Shown: one piece after another, positions 26,630-38,446 of the stretch
Layout: each line of letters opens with the position of its first letter
Position numbering within the stretch: the stretch's first letter is position 1
Assembly (NCBI GenBank): GCA_951406725.2
Contig: OX597827.1
Span: 22,134,001-22,198,000, forward strand
Reading direction: 5' to 3'
Origin: Octopus vulgaris
Taxonomy: Eukaryota
Length of the DNA stretch: 64,000 nucleotides
The notes under the pieces: generated by a model
The model's input: only the letters and a program-made list of their open reading frames with translations
What the model was told of the DNA's origin: nothing
The model's database searches: none
Position numbers and translations under genes: made by a program

Positions 26630-26850
26630 CAACCTCACTAGTGCCAGTGGCATGAAGAAAAACCAACCCAGTACACACTGTAAGGTGGTTGACATTAGGA
26701 AGGGAATCCACCCATAGGAAACATGCCAAAGCAGAGATTGGAGCTTGGCACAGCCCTGTGGCTGGCTGCATCCTTTCAAACTGTCCAACCCACATCACCA
26801 TGAAAAATGAACATTAAATGATGATGATGATGATGATGATGATGATCATG
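26630..26850 (+). mobile_element. SINE family C
   Basis: GTGCCAGTGGCATG..GGTTGACATTAGGAAGGGAATCCAC..ACATTAAA(TGA)n. Confidence 0.8.
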
Positions 26851-27044
26851 AATTTCTTGTCTCTTAGTCTTGTTATTCTGGATGGTTCTTCATTCTTGTA
26901 AACTGGAAAATGTTTGTGGATTCATAGTTTATGGAGATTGCTTACTTTGGTATTCTTTGGTTTTTTTTGCAAGTAACCTAATTAGGCTTGGACAATGCTT
27001 AAGATATTGGTGTCCAGTTTTGGAAGGTTCTCTGTCATACATAT

Positions 27045-27400
27045 CATCATCATCATCATCACATCTGTTTTCCATGCTGGCATGAATTGAACAGCTCGAC
27101 CAGAGCTGGTAAGCCAGAGATCTGCACCAGGTTCCAGTGACTGTGTTGGCATGGTTCTATGGCTGGATGCCCTTCCTAGCACCAACCACTTTACAGATTG
27201 TGCTGGGTGCCTTTTACGTCACACCAGCACAAGAGCCTTGTAGGTCAATCCTCTTCAGCTGAGGTGTGTCATTAACTCTTCTGCCGTGGAGGGTGGGTCT
27301 TCTTGAGTACAGCAAGGTGCTTGATGCTTTGGTCCTTTGTCATCACCTCTGTTAGGTTTCAGTGCCCTGAGATCGTGCTTCAGTACTTCATCCCATGTAT
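27045..27400 (-). mobile_element. SINE family C
   Basis: (TCA)n..TTTTCCATGCTGGCATG..GGCTGGATGCCCTTCCTAGCACCAACCAC. Confidence 0.8.
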
Positions 27401-27479
27401 ATGGGGTGGGGGGAGAGTGACCATCCAATCATTATGATACTGAGTGAACTTAATGCCAACATGTGTTTTATCAGTGAAA

Positions 27480-27850
27480 TATCATCATCATCGTTTAACG
27501 TCTGCCTTCCATGGGTGTTATCTTTTATGTGCCACATGTCCTGTGAGCCCAAACTACTGCAGTCAATGTTTGATGGTGGTGGTCAATAGGGGTCATTTTC
27601 CTGTTCATCATTGACAAACAGTAAATGTATCGGTCCATCCTTGCAGTGGCTTTATGGAGCTGTTCTGACCAAGAACAGAATAACCACCAGTTTCTTTGAA
27701 GGTGTGTCAATGGTGAGCAGCCATTACTGGACTCTGTGTAGCCATGGCTTGTAGAAGATGCCCTTGTTTGGACAGCTGTCTTCTGCTGCATCGCTGGCAA
27801 TAAGGCTTCCTTGTTTCCCAACCAAAATAGATGATGGAATCGTTGAGTTA
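27480..27850 (-). mobile_element. Decayed RTE-like LINE 3' fragment
   Basis: Loose similarity to the 13655 fragment and an adjacent (TGA)n tail. Confidence 0.35.
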
Positions 27851-28398
27851 TTTCTGATTCTCTCTGTGTATGAGTGGTGAATATTAAATCTTAAACATTC
27901 ATTCTTAAATTGCCTTTTAATTAATTGGTATTACTTTTGAATTAAGACTGTCAATAATTGCAATAATAATTATGTTATGCTAATTAAAATGTTCAAGTTT
28001 AAATTTTCATTATTTAAAATTGCAACAAATTGTCTTTTTATTCGTGTATATCGAATTGTAAGTGATTAACTAAATGAAAGTGATTAACAGGTAACCATCA
28101 GTGTGCTTGTGACGACACTGTGTGTGTGTGCATGTGTGTGTGTATATCCATATTGTATGCAAATGTGTTTTATACAGTACTTAAAACGTACAATATGCTA
28201 TTTAAGTTTCATGGTTAGGTTGTGGTTTAAAATCTGGAAAAGAACAAAAAAAGGAAAAAAGTACTGGGAAAAAGCCAGCTGAAAAAATGAAATCTAAAGC
28301 TGACCGGTTGATCATGACAGAATTTGAACTTAGAAGACAAAGCATCAGAAGAAATGTTCACGAGGCATTTTCTCTGATGTTCTAACAATTCTGCCAGC

Positions 28399-28429
<31 letters not shown>

Positions 28430-28920
28430 CATCATTATCATCATCATCATCGTTTAACATCCGTTTTCCATGCTAGCATGGGTTGGATGGTTCGACCGGG
28501 GTCTGAGAAGCCAGGAGGCTGCACCAGGCTCCAGTCTGATCTGGCAGTGTTTCTACAACTGGATGCCCTTCCTAACGCCAACCACTCCATGAGTGTAGTG
28601 GGTGCTTTTTACATGCCACTGGCACAGGTGCCAGGCGAAGCTGGCAACGGCCACGATCGGGTGATGCTTTTTACATGCCACCGGCATGGAGGCCAGTCGA
28701 GGTGGCGCTGGCAACGGCCATGTTCGGATGGTGCTTTTTACGTGCCACTGGCACTGGTATCACAACTACAATTGCCATTGATTTTTGATCGATTTCGATT
28801 TCACTTGCCTCAACAGGTCTTCGCAAGCAGAGTTTTGTGTCCCAAGAAGGAAAGGTATGCATAAGTGGACTGGCTACATCCCAGGTAAAGGCCACGGGTT
28901 ATGGTCTCACTTGTCCTAAT
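28430..28920 (-). mobile_element. SINE family C, long copy with internal tandem repeats
   Basis: Family C tail and body; three GGTGCTTTTTAC.TGCCAC.GGCA units at ~28601, 28661, 28730. Confidence 0.9.
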
Positions 28921-30669
28921 TTTGAGCAATTAGTATGATTTAGAAGAAACTTGGCTGCTATTTATACCGAATCAAATGAGCATCTAGAGTGTTGAAGTTG
29001 TTTAGTTCCTTGTCGTTACAGATCCAATTGATCTCTGATCAATGATGTTCCAATCATAATAGCCCCACCATTCTTTTGAGACACAGCTTATGGAGCACTG
29101 CAATAGCCAATGTGTCCTTCCTTCTTAAAGACATTAGGGGGATTTTGTTGCTATCATTGCAGCTTGGAAGGTCTAAGGTTCTCACTTTCCTCCCCCTTTG
29201 ACACACAGACAGAAGTTTATTTCATAGAATAGTAAGGTGTTTGTTTCTGTTAGTACACTTGATGTTCTGTCTTTTCATTTGACTCACATAGAACTTCTTG
29301 ATGATGATGATGATGGATGTGGCACTAATGATGCTGGTGATGATGATGGTTGTAGATTGGTAGTAATGATGGTGTTGGTAGTGGTGTCAGCAGTGGTAGC
29401 GTGATGTTGTGATTGTGGTGATGGTTACGGTAATGATTATATTATTTTGTTGGTGATGATGATGATGATGATAGTTGTATCGTTGGTGGTGGCAGCAATG
29501 ATTGATGCTGATGGTGGAGACAGTAACCATAGTTACAGATGAAACAAAGTTACACATTGTTCAGTGTTATTGAAGAATCCTAGATATTCTGGCAATGCTC
29601 TGATATTTACATCGCATACTTCATGCACACACACACACCCTTGCTTTATCTCTCTTCCTTTCCCTCTTTCCTCCTCTCTCTCTATTTCTTTGACTCCAAG
29701 CCACACCAGACTCCTTAGTTTTTGTGTTGTAAAAATCTCTCGTTTTAGAAATATTTAAATCAAAATTTTAATCTTTTATGTTAGAAACAGTTTTATGTTC
29801 TTCTTCATCGTCATCATCGTTTAACGTATGTTTTCCGAGCTGGCATGGGTTGGACTGTTTTACTAAATCTATCGAAATTCTTGAGGATTTCCAAATTAAC
29901 TGAAATGTGTGTGTGTGTGTGTATCTCAATATCTATATCACAGACTATGTATTTCTGTAATAGCATCGTATGTATGTGTGTATATTCCAGAACATCTTTT
30001 TATCAAATTTTGCCTCTGTGTGTGTGTGTGTGTGTAACCACTTCTCACCGATAGCGCCAGATCATGTGGCCTTCTCCTATGATAACAGGTGATTGACAAG
30101 ATCCCACATGTCCCTAATATTCAGACAAAGAATGTCAACTGGTTTCCTTCCTCTCGATGCATCTTGCACAGGCCTCGCTTATGGCATTCAAATACTTGAA
30201 GCATTTCTCTCAAACAGCCAATTTCTTCCGCCACCGCCACCACCACCACCACATCCTTGATCACAAGATCCCATGTGAGCGACCAGAATATCAAATGTTT
30301 GTTATACATTGCTGGTCACAATGCACTTGTTGTAGTTGATGAGGATGAGGATTACCTCCTGCTCCTCCTCTTCCTCCTTTCAACTATAGGTACAAGGCCT
30401 GAAATTTTGTGGGTGGGGGTCAGTCGATTACATCAACACCGCCACCCCTCAGCAGTGCTCAACTGTTACTTGTTTCGTTGACCAAGAAAGGATGAGAAGT
30501 AAAATTGACCTCAGCAGCATTTGAACTCAAAGTGTAAGCACAGATGAAATGCAGCTAAGCGTTTTGTCCAGTTTGCTAATGATTCTGGCCGCCCTTCCAC
30601 CCTCGCCACCCACTGCCTGATGAATGACCAACGATCTGTATTTGCCACCATCACTACTGAGATATGTAG

Positions 30670-31070
30670 CCAATCGTTAGCACGCCAGGTGAAATGCTTA
30701 GCAGTATTTCGTCTGCCGCTACGTTCTGAGTTCAAATTCCACCGAGGTCGACTTTGCCTTTCATCCTTTCGGGGTTGATTAAATAAGTACCAGTCACGTG
30801 TTGGGGTTGCTGTAATTGACTTAATCCGTTTGTCTGTCCTTGTTTGTCCCCTCTATGTTTAGCCCCTTGTGGGTAATAGAGAAATAGGTATTTCGTCTGC
30901 TGCTACATTCTGAGTTCAAATTCCGCTGAGGTTGACTTTGTCTTTCATCCTTTTGGGATCAATTAAATAAGTACCAGTTACGCACTGGGGTTGATGTAAT
31001 CAACTTAGTCCCTTTGTCTGTCCTTGTATGTCCCCTCTAGGTTTAGCCCCTTGTGGGCAATAAAGAATGA
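30670..31070 (+). mobile_element. SINE family A, dimeric body
   Basis: Two ~184-bp bodies with the junction GAAATAGGTATTT, as at ~12600. Confidence 0.9.
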
Positions 31071-31083
31071 AATATTTCTGATT

Positions 31084-31130
<47 letters not shown>

Positions 31131-31949
31131 GCTGCTGCTACTACTACAAGCAAACAAGAGAACCTCAATGTAGTTATTTCAGCCACTAGAAATAACAGTT
31201 GCTTCTCCTTCATATCTCATTACTGTGCTAATAAAGGGACACATTGGACAGTGCAAAGGGATAAATAAAAGACAAGATGGTCACGGTTGGAACACCTTCA
31301 GAACAGCATGTAGTACATTGCTATACTGAAATATTACAGTGTATGTTGTAGTGTAGCACCTCATTATACTATATCACTGACACTCCACCATGGGCACTCT
31401 GTTCTCTCAGAAAGACACGAATGTTTTCCTGGGTAATCTGTATATTAAGGTGGCCAGCAGTGGAAATATTTGATCTCAGACCCAGGTCAGTCCTGACTGA
31501 CCTCAGGTCTAAATAATAACATTTGCACTGCATAACCTTCAAATTATGGCTGCATGTCTCTGAGTATGTATGTGTGTATGTGTACATGTGTAATACAGAC
31601 ACACACACACACATTATGAACCTGTTTCCACGACGACCACCACCACCACCCTATCATTCCACTATCATTATGAACACCCTACTTCCACCCCACCACTAGC
31701 TCCTGACCATGTTTCCTCTCACTGACCACACTGTTTATTTTTGGCCTCTGAATGGATAGACTAATATGCTCTCTGACCTTGTGTGTGTGTGTGTGTGTGT
31801 CTTATACAATTAATTGATTGGTTCCTGCTGTCTTGTCTCTCTCTCTCCCTCACTCTTACCTTCACCACCCCTACCAGTGCCACCCACCTGCCTCAGATAT
31901 CCCTTTACTTTGCACTCAGTGTACACATACCTCTACTTCCCCACCAACG

Positions 31950-33050
31950 CCACCATGGCCATATTCAGGCCGTCTATCTGGTCAAATGGTCAGTTGTTAG
32001 AAATCCACAAATAGACACTGAAACTTACTCTGTCCTAAGCTTCCTCCACTGTCCCAAGAAGAAAAGAAGTTGTGATGGGGCTCAGAGTTATGGCGATGAA
32101 GGAGATAGAGATGGAACCAAAGCTGTGAGTCCCAATTCAATTGCTAGCGTTCTCTCTGGGGTACATGAACATTAATTCTATAGTTTATATTTTTAGCTAA
32201 TGGGGGGGGGGGGTGCAGTGGTGCCTGTTGTGATTGGTATCTCCATCAAGGGGAGGGGTTCTCTCTCTACTAAATGCAGCAGATTCTTGTGAGGTGGCAT
32301 AGAATAACAGTTGGTTTGGGAGCTTTGAGCTGAGACACTGACATAAATACACACTTGTACCCCCATCTAACACACACATACACGTCTGTATGATGGGAAT
32401 TTCTCATTACCTTCAAATAAGATGTGTGTCATGAAGAGATCTCTGTACATGATGCAAATCTAAATCTAAGCTAGAACATATCATTCCATGGTGGTTGGCT
32501 CCTCGTCTGAGGTGTCACATTCTGTGGCACCTCCAGCAGCAACTTGGTGTGTTGTTCAGCCAGCAGCCGAAGCTCTGCTGTTCATCAGGCTGAGAAGGGC
32601 AAAATATCTGTTTTTTTATTACCCACAAGGGGCTAAACATAGAGGGGATAAACAAGGACAGACAAATGGATTAAATTGATTACAGCAACCCCAGTGCGTA
32701 ACTGGTACTTATTTAATCAACCCTGAAAGGATGAAAGGCAAAGTCGACCTCGGTGGAATTTGAACTCAGAACGTAGCGGCAGACGAAATACTGCTAAGCA
32801 TTTCGCCATGCATGCTAACGTTTCTGCCAGCTCGCAAAATATCAGCTGATCTCTGACAGGTTTGTGGTCAAGCCTGTGGCAGTGGAGATCTCCAGCATTC
32901 TTTGTCCCTAGACTACATCCCTGCTCACCACTATCAGGGTTTTAGATAGCTATCCTAAGTGCTAGCCCTGTGAGTTAGAGCGACTTTTCCAGCGCACCTC
33001 CCTTGCCATCCTCCAGAACAACCTCTTTTCCATTTTGTCTGTTGGGATCA
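31950..33050 (+). mobile_element. Decayed CRE-like RLE retrotransposon interrupted by a SINE
   Basis: IPW, LV*GVTFCGT..SAVHQAEKGK, FVVKPVAVEIS, LFQRTSLAILQNN match the CRE-type C-terminus (PW..LVWD.T..DT..AE..K; PVAVET.G; LFQRLS.A.QRGN); WYLHQG upstream resembles WYLDDG. Confidence 0.6.
32609..32833 (-). mobile_element. SINE family A
   Basis: Full copy; 10-bp TSD GCAAAATATC at 32599-32608 and 32834-32843. Confidence 0.9.
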
Positions 33051-33127
33051 TGAGGTAGATGGACAAGGCTTTCTGGATATTTCTTTGCTATGAAGAAGAG
33101 GAAAGATGTGATGATTTAGGCAGGGCC

Positions 33128-33366
33128 TAAATTAAGGCAGCAAGCTGGCAGAAACGTTAGCACGCCAGGCGAAATGCGTAGCCGTATTTTGTCTGCCATT
33201 ATGTTCTGAGTTCAAATTCTGCCAAGGTCGACTTTGCCTTTCATCCTTTCGGGGTCAATAAATTAAGTACCAGTTTACGCACTGGGATCGATGTAATCGA
33301 CTTAATCCCTTTGTCTGTCCTTGTTGTCCCCTCTGTGTTTAGCTCCTTGTGGGCAGTAAAGAAATA
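33128..33366 (+). mobile_element. SINE family A
   Basis: Full copy; 15-bp TSD GATTTAGGCAGGGCC at 33113-33127 and 33367-33381. Confidence 0.9.
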
Positions 33367-34684
33367 GATTTAGGCAGGGCCCTTCATCAAATTTAGAAAA
33401 CTATTGCTAAAATATTATGTCTGTAGATAAAAGCTATTTGCAGTCCAAAAACAAAAGAGAAAGAATTACAAGAGTTTGAATGTGATGCCAAGGTAGACTG
33501 ATCCAAAATTGAACCATATCAGTGTTGTTACATTTGGATGACTGTTCTTTTCTCACACTAAAAATGGAATGTGGAGTGAGGTGGAATGGTTCTTTTTTTT
33601 TTTGTCTCTCTTGAACAAGGGATGCAACACAATATTTATTGTAGGATTTGAACTCATGATCATGCTGAGACTAATCCAGCACTTTAACCTAACAGTCATC
33701 ATTGTGTTTCCCATTTTTAAATTTCTAACTTGTAAACATCTGTGATACAACTGTACTCATAAGGGGGCGAGAGTAGTAGCAGTATTTAATGTAGGTGGGA
33801 GTTGTTTAGCCCCAGGACTGCTCTGATTTAACAGACTTGTGATCAAAAGCATTCCAGCCATGACCAGTCCATATTTTTCCTGTGTGCAGCAATCCCTAGA
33901 CTATATATTATGCAATGAGTTCTTTTGTAAGACAATAGGTTGTAACTGGAGCAAGATCTGGCTGCTCTTTCTAGCCAGTGTAATCACCTCATAGAAGTTT
34001 CCTGTTGGGTTCTCGGCAGCGGTGGTGGTGGTGGTGTTAGGTGATGTAATCTATTTAGGTCAAATTATTGACCTATTTTTGAAAACCCAAACTGAGAATG
34101 TTTATGGAATCCTACTTTTTTGTTTCTTTTATCTTCCCACACTTTTCCAGTGTTTTCCTTTCTTTAAATAGCTCCTCTACCACCACCAACCACCAACCAC
34201 AACGACAACAACTATAACCACAATCATCATCATCATCATTACTATTATCTTCATTAATGTCTTAACATCTACTTTACTATATTAAGCAAGGCTCTGCCAC
34301 TTAGTCTTAGCATTTGTTTTGTTATGTTTAAGGTTCAGCATCAAGTGATCTCATTTTACCAGCACTTAGGGCTAAAAATAACAACCAAATCTCACTCCAA
34401 TCTCTACTACTGTCTTACATAATGGAAGGACGTATTAGATAATGTAGTTCTACATAAATCTTTAAAAAGAGGACTGGAATGCTTTTTAGAGGGGATCTGA
34501 TGGATCAGGGCTAACACAAGGCTGAACAACAACAACAGCAACTTTAAAAAAATTTTTTTCTTGTTTGAATAATTAGATTTCTGCCACTTAAAAAGGGAGA
34601 TTGTGGGTTCCAGTCAGCTTTGTTCCTGTGGGGAGACAGATCCTACATTGCCAAAGGCTATCAAACATAGACACCTAGAGTTAG

Positions 34685-34767
<83 letters not shown>

Positions 34768-35540
34768 GACAAAGAACCTCTCTTACATTCTGGAGTTTAT
34801 GTTTCTAAGCCATCGCCCTGGGTCACAGAAATGGTAAAGTCGGTCACCTACCACCACCTGGCCACCATACTTGGGTGTAACTACTAGATTTCAATTAGGA
34901 CACTGACTTCAACCATTTCCTGTTTCAACACTTCCACCCCTTGGGGTAGCTTCTAAAGTGTCTGCTCTGTTGGGTGTGCTCAGACCAAGCCTCCATGCTG
35001 AGAATAACTTCCTTCTTCCTTTCCTTCCTTCCACCAGTTGAGGGAAAGACTGGCCATGAGCTGTTGTAGTCCAGACCTGCCCCACACTACTTTAAGATAA
35101 AAATTAAGTTGTTGTCAGTGAAGTATATCCCTTCTCAAGTTACAATTATCATGAGACTAGAAGTCATACATGTGAAAGCACCTGTCAATCTTGAACTGTT
35201 AGTTCAAGTCCCACAGAGGCCAGTAATGTTGGTTTGGTCAGCTGCAAGGCTGATCAAACACTCCCATGGTCAGAGGCATCCAACCATGACTATCCTGAAC
35301 AGTTTGATGGCTGTCTAGTAGTACATTATCTGATATGCTTTATTCCTGTACATAAGATGGTAAATTAAGATTTGAGGAAGATTTGGCTGCTATTTCTAGC
35401 AGCTTGAAAAACCACGTTGAGGCTCTCTCTTGGTAATAGCAGTGTGTATATGCAATGTGTATGTTTAAATGTATGTGTTTGAGATATGTGCATTACACAC
35501 ACGTGCGTGTGTGCATGTGTGTATTTGTTTTTATGCTCAG

Positions 35541-35570
35541 TTACAATAAAAACAATTTTACCTTAATCTG
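35541..35570 (+). other. Candidate 30-nt microexon in the zinc-finger gene leader
   Basis: Acceptor TTTGTTTTTATGCTCAG| and consensus donor CTG|GTGAGT. Confidence 0.5.
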
Positions 35571-35834
35571 GTGAGTTACTTCTATGCTTTCGGAGAGGAC
35601 AAGCCTATTACTCTTACACAAGAATGTTGTTGACAGTGACTCTGGTCAGTCTGACAATAGCTTAATTGGCAGAAACTTTGAAGTTACTATCAATAATATT
35701 CTTGTTTAAGGGGATACACACATGCATACGTGCGCGAGCGTGCAAATATATGTGTATAAACATGTTTTAAATTATATTTTTGTAAGCCAAAACAATGCAA
35801 CTTCTAAAAACTTCAATATTACTCTCTCTCCCTC

Positions 35835-36225
35835 TCTTACTTGTTTCAGTCATTTGACTGTGGCCATGCTGGAGCACCGCCTTTAGTCGAGCAAATCAAC
35901 CCCAGGACTTATTCTTTGTAAGCCTGGTACTTATTCTATCGGTCTCTGTTTTGCCGAATCACTAAGTTACGGGGACGTAAACACACCACCATCAGTTGTC
36001 AAGCAATGTTGGGGGGACAAACACAGACACACAAACATATACACACACACATATATATATACATGTATATACAACGGGCTTCTTTCAGTTTCTGTCTCCA
36101 CTCACAAGGCTTTGGTCGGCCTGAAGCTATAGTAGAAGACACTTGCCCAAGGTGTCACGCAGTGGGACTGAACCTGGAACCATGTGGTTCGTAAGCAAGC
36201 TACTTACTACACAGCCACTCCTATG
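35835..36225 (-). mobile_element. SINE family B, full length
   Basis: CTTACTTGTTTCAGTCATTTGACTG...TACTACACAGCCACTCC. Confidence 0.9.
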
Positions 36226-36579
36226 CCTATAGCTAGGAAAACTTCTTTTAAAAAGGTTTTGTAAGATAGATAAGAACAGCTTTTCTCTGAAGATTTCTTG
36301 TTTCCTGAATTATTGAAATAACCAGGTAAAAGTACAAACCATTTACCTGTATAATTATTTGGCATTGTTTTGGCTTTAAAAAAATAATTAAAAACATATA
36401 TTAGTGTTTCATGTAAACTATAGTAGTCTCTCTCTTTCTCTCACACACACACCCAGCCTGTTGTACCTGTTTTATTTACTGCATTTCTGCTGCTTGTTAC
36501 TTTTTTTTGTTTTCTCTTTATGCTTACATTTCCACCTCACACTCATGCTCTCTCCCTCTCTCTCTCTCTCTCTCTACAG

Positions 36580-36979
36580 GAGTCCATTTTGTTATGAACA
36601 GAAGCTTCTGTACATCAATGAATCCAACCAAAATGATTCTGAACTACAAATACCACAGACACCCTGAACCGGCAACTTTTGGCCATGTGATAAAACTAAA
36701 AGCATAGATGCTGCCTCTGCACACCCTCGGACACTTTGAAAACTGGCATCAAATTATTGCTCTGCTCTATAACACAGAATTACACAGCTAACCTGCTGGT
36801 GGAGTTGCTGGTGATCTTGCTAAAGCTTGCACAACACCAGTGTGTATTTTTGTTGTTTTGTTCTTTGACTTTCAGTTGAAGTTTTTATTTATTTATTATT
36901 AATATTATTTTTACATTTAAAAAAAAAACAACCCTTTTTGTCATAATTGTTTATTTTTTTTTGGAAAAGTGTTTAGAAA
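36580..36979 (+). other. Probable 5' leader portion of the terminal exon (contains uORF 36594-36707)
   Basis: Strong acceptor (CT)n-TACAG|G at 36579/36580; unique sequence leading to AAAATG at 36980. Confidence 0.55.
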
Positions 36980-38446
36980 ATGCAGCCTAGTCCAGCTGCA
37001 CCAAAGAAGCGCAAACGGGTGCACTCGTGTTCGATATGCGGTGGGTCGTATAGCACGCCATCGCAGCTGCAGCGTCACTCGAGAGTGCATAGCGGAGAAA
37101 GACCTTATGTATGTAACCTGTGCGGCCGTCGCTTTACACGCTCAGATCATGTAAAGCAACATCTCAAGATACACTCGCCACATCGGCAGAAGAACATGTG
37201 CCGTATTTGCGGGTCACAGTTCTACAAGTCACAGATACTCGGCAGTCACTTACGACGCCACGACGTCTACCAGATCCACTTGTGCCACCAGTGCGGCGAA
37301 GGTTTCCAGGAAGCCGAGGAACTTGAGAAACACGAACGGCTCCATAACATCAAGACGGACATAAGATCGAGTGGGGAGGGAGCTGACGGAGTACCAAGTA
37401 CCAGTACGGAGACGAGTACGACTGAAGGTGAAGGAAAATGGCTTGGTTGTGCTCGTTTCTGTCTCGCTCAGATACCGTCGATTGGCAACAAGATCGTGCA
37501 GCCATCTGATAGGAAAACTGACACCAGCAACAATGCTGTTGGTGGTGACCAGGACAGCAACAACAGCAACAATGCCTCAGCTGATATCAATGATAATAAC
37601 AACACTACCACTGTTATCATGGCTGCCAATCTCCAAGACCAGTCGTTCGACGCCGATCTCTCGACTTCCAAGCCCAGCTCGAATGAGGATAATGAACCGC
37701 TGCAAATAGCCGTATCTCCTGGCTACTCTCTCGTAGGCCCCGCAGCAGACGTCGGAGACGAGAGCACCATAACTGCCAGCGATGCCCTGCCCAGCAGCTC
37801 CAATGCTGCCTTCTACATGGTGACAGGGAAGTCTGGTAGCAACAGCACTGACACCGAGGGTGCGCTGTCAAAATCTACAACAGTAGATGGCAATTCCAAT
37901 AGAAGTGCCCTGCGCAAAGCCAGCAGGCCACAGAAGGCTGTTATAAAACGTGAACCAGTTGTCAGCAGTGGTACAAAGACTGCACCAAGGTGTACAATAA
38001 GCCTTTTGGCTACCAACAAAAGCAGTGTGACACGTGCCGAAGTGTGCACCCGTCGCATGATCTCATCAAACAAGACAACAGGCATCTCAAACTCAGTTGT
38101 GCTGACTGCAGTCAACAGCCATAGCAACAATAACAGCAACAACAACAACAACACCAACAACAGCAACAACAACAGTAACAGCAACAACAACAACAACAGC
38201 AACAACAACAGCAACAATCCTTCGTCATTGACTTTACCTCCATACTTATTGAATGGCAAGAGACTGGGACGCTGTGAATACTGCGGAATCTGGTTTGAGG
38301 ACTATGCTATGTGCATGTTGCACAACAGCCTGCATTCCGCAGATGATGCTGATCCATTCACTTGCAGAAAATGCCTGAAGAAACTCGGCAACCGGCTGGA
38401 GTTTATGGCGCATCTGGTCTGGCATTTAGACCCAGAGTTACCATAG
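36980..38446 (+). CDS. C2H2 zinc-finger transcription factor (488 aa) with Ikaros/Hunchback-like architecture
   Basis: Uninterrupted ORF; NLS PKKRKRV; four C2H2 fingers (aa 17-122, SGERPY linker); low-complexity middle with poly-Asn; C-terminal pair CEYCGIWFEDYAMCMLHNSLH-SADDADPF-TCRKC..EFMAHLVWH. Confidence 0.95.
   Translation: MQPSPAAPKKRKRVHSCSICGGSYSTPSQLQRHSRVHSGERPYVCNLCGRRFTRSDHVKQHLKIHSPHRQKNMCRICGSQFYKSQILGSHLRRHDVYQIHLCHQCGEGFQEAEELEKHERLHNIKTDIRSSGEGADGVPSTSTETSTTEGEGKWLGCARFCLAQIPSIGNKIVQPSDRKTDTSNNAVGGDQDSNNSNNASADINDNNNTTTVIMAANLQDQSFDADLSTSKPSSNEDNEPLQIAVSPGYSLVGPAADVGDESTITASDALPSSSNAAFYMVTGKSGSNSTDTEGALSKSTTVDGNSNRSALRKASRPQKAVIKREPVVSSGTKTAPRCTISLLATNKSSVTRAEVCTRRMISSNKTTGISNSVVLTAVNSHSNNNSNNNNNTNNSNNNSNSNNNNNSNNNSNNPSSLTLPPYLLNGKRLGRCEYCGIWFEDYAMCMLHNSLHSADDADPFTCRKCLKKLGNRLEFMAHLVWHLDPELP

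Noticed and set aside
36580-36667. Resemblance of LIWSPFCYEQKLLYINESN to GTF2H5/TFB5 (LIECDPAMKQFLLYLDESN, from memory)
   Set aside because: The conserved CDP motif and the whole C-terminal half of TFB5 are missing; treated as chance unless an HMM search says otherwise
37813-38259. 148-aa antisense poly-Leu ORF
   Set aside because: Shadow of the poly-Asn codons in the zinc-finger CDS
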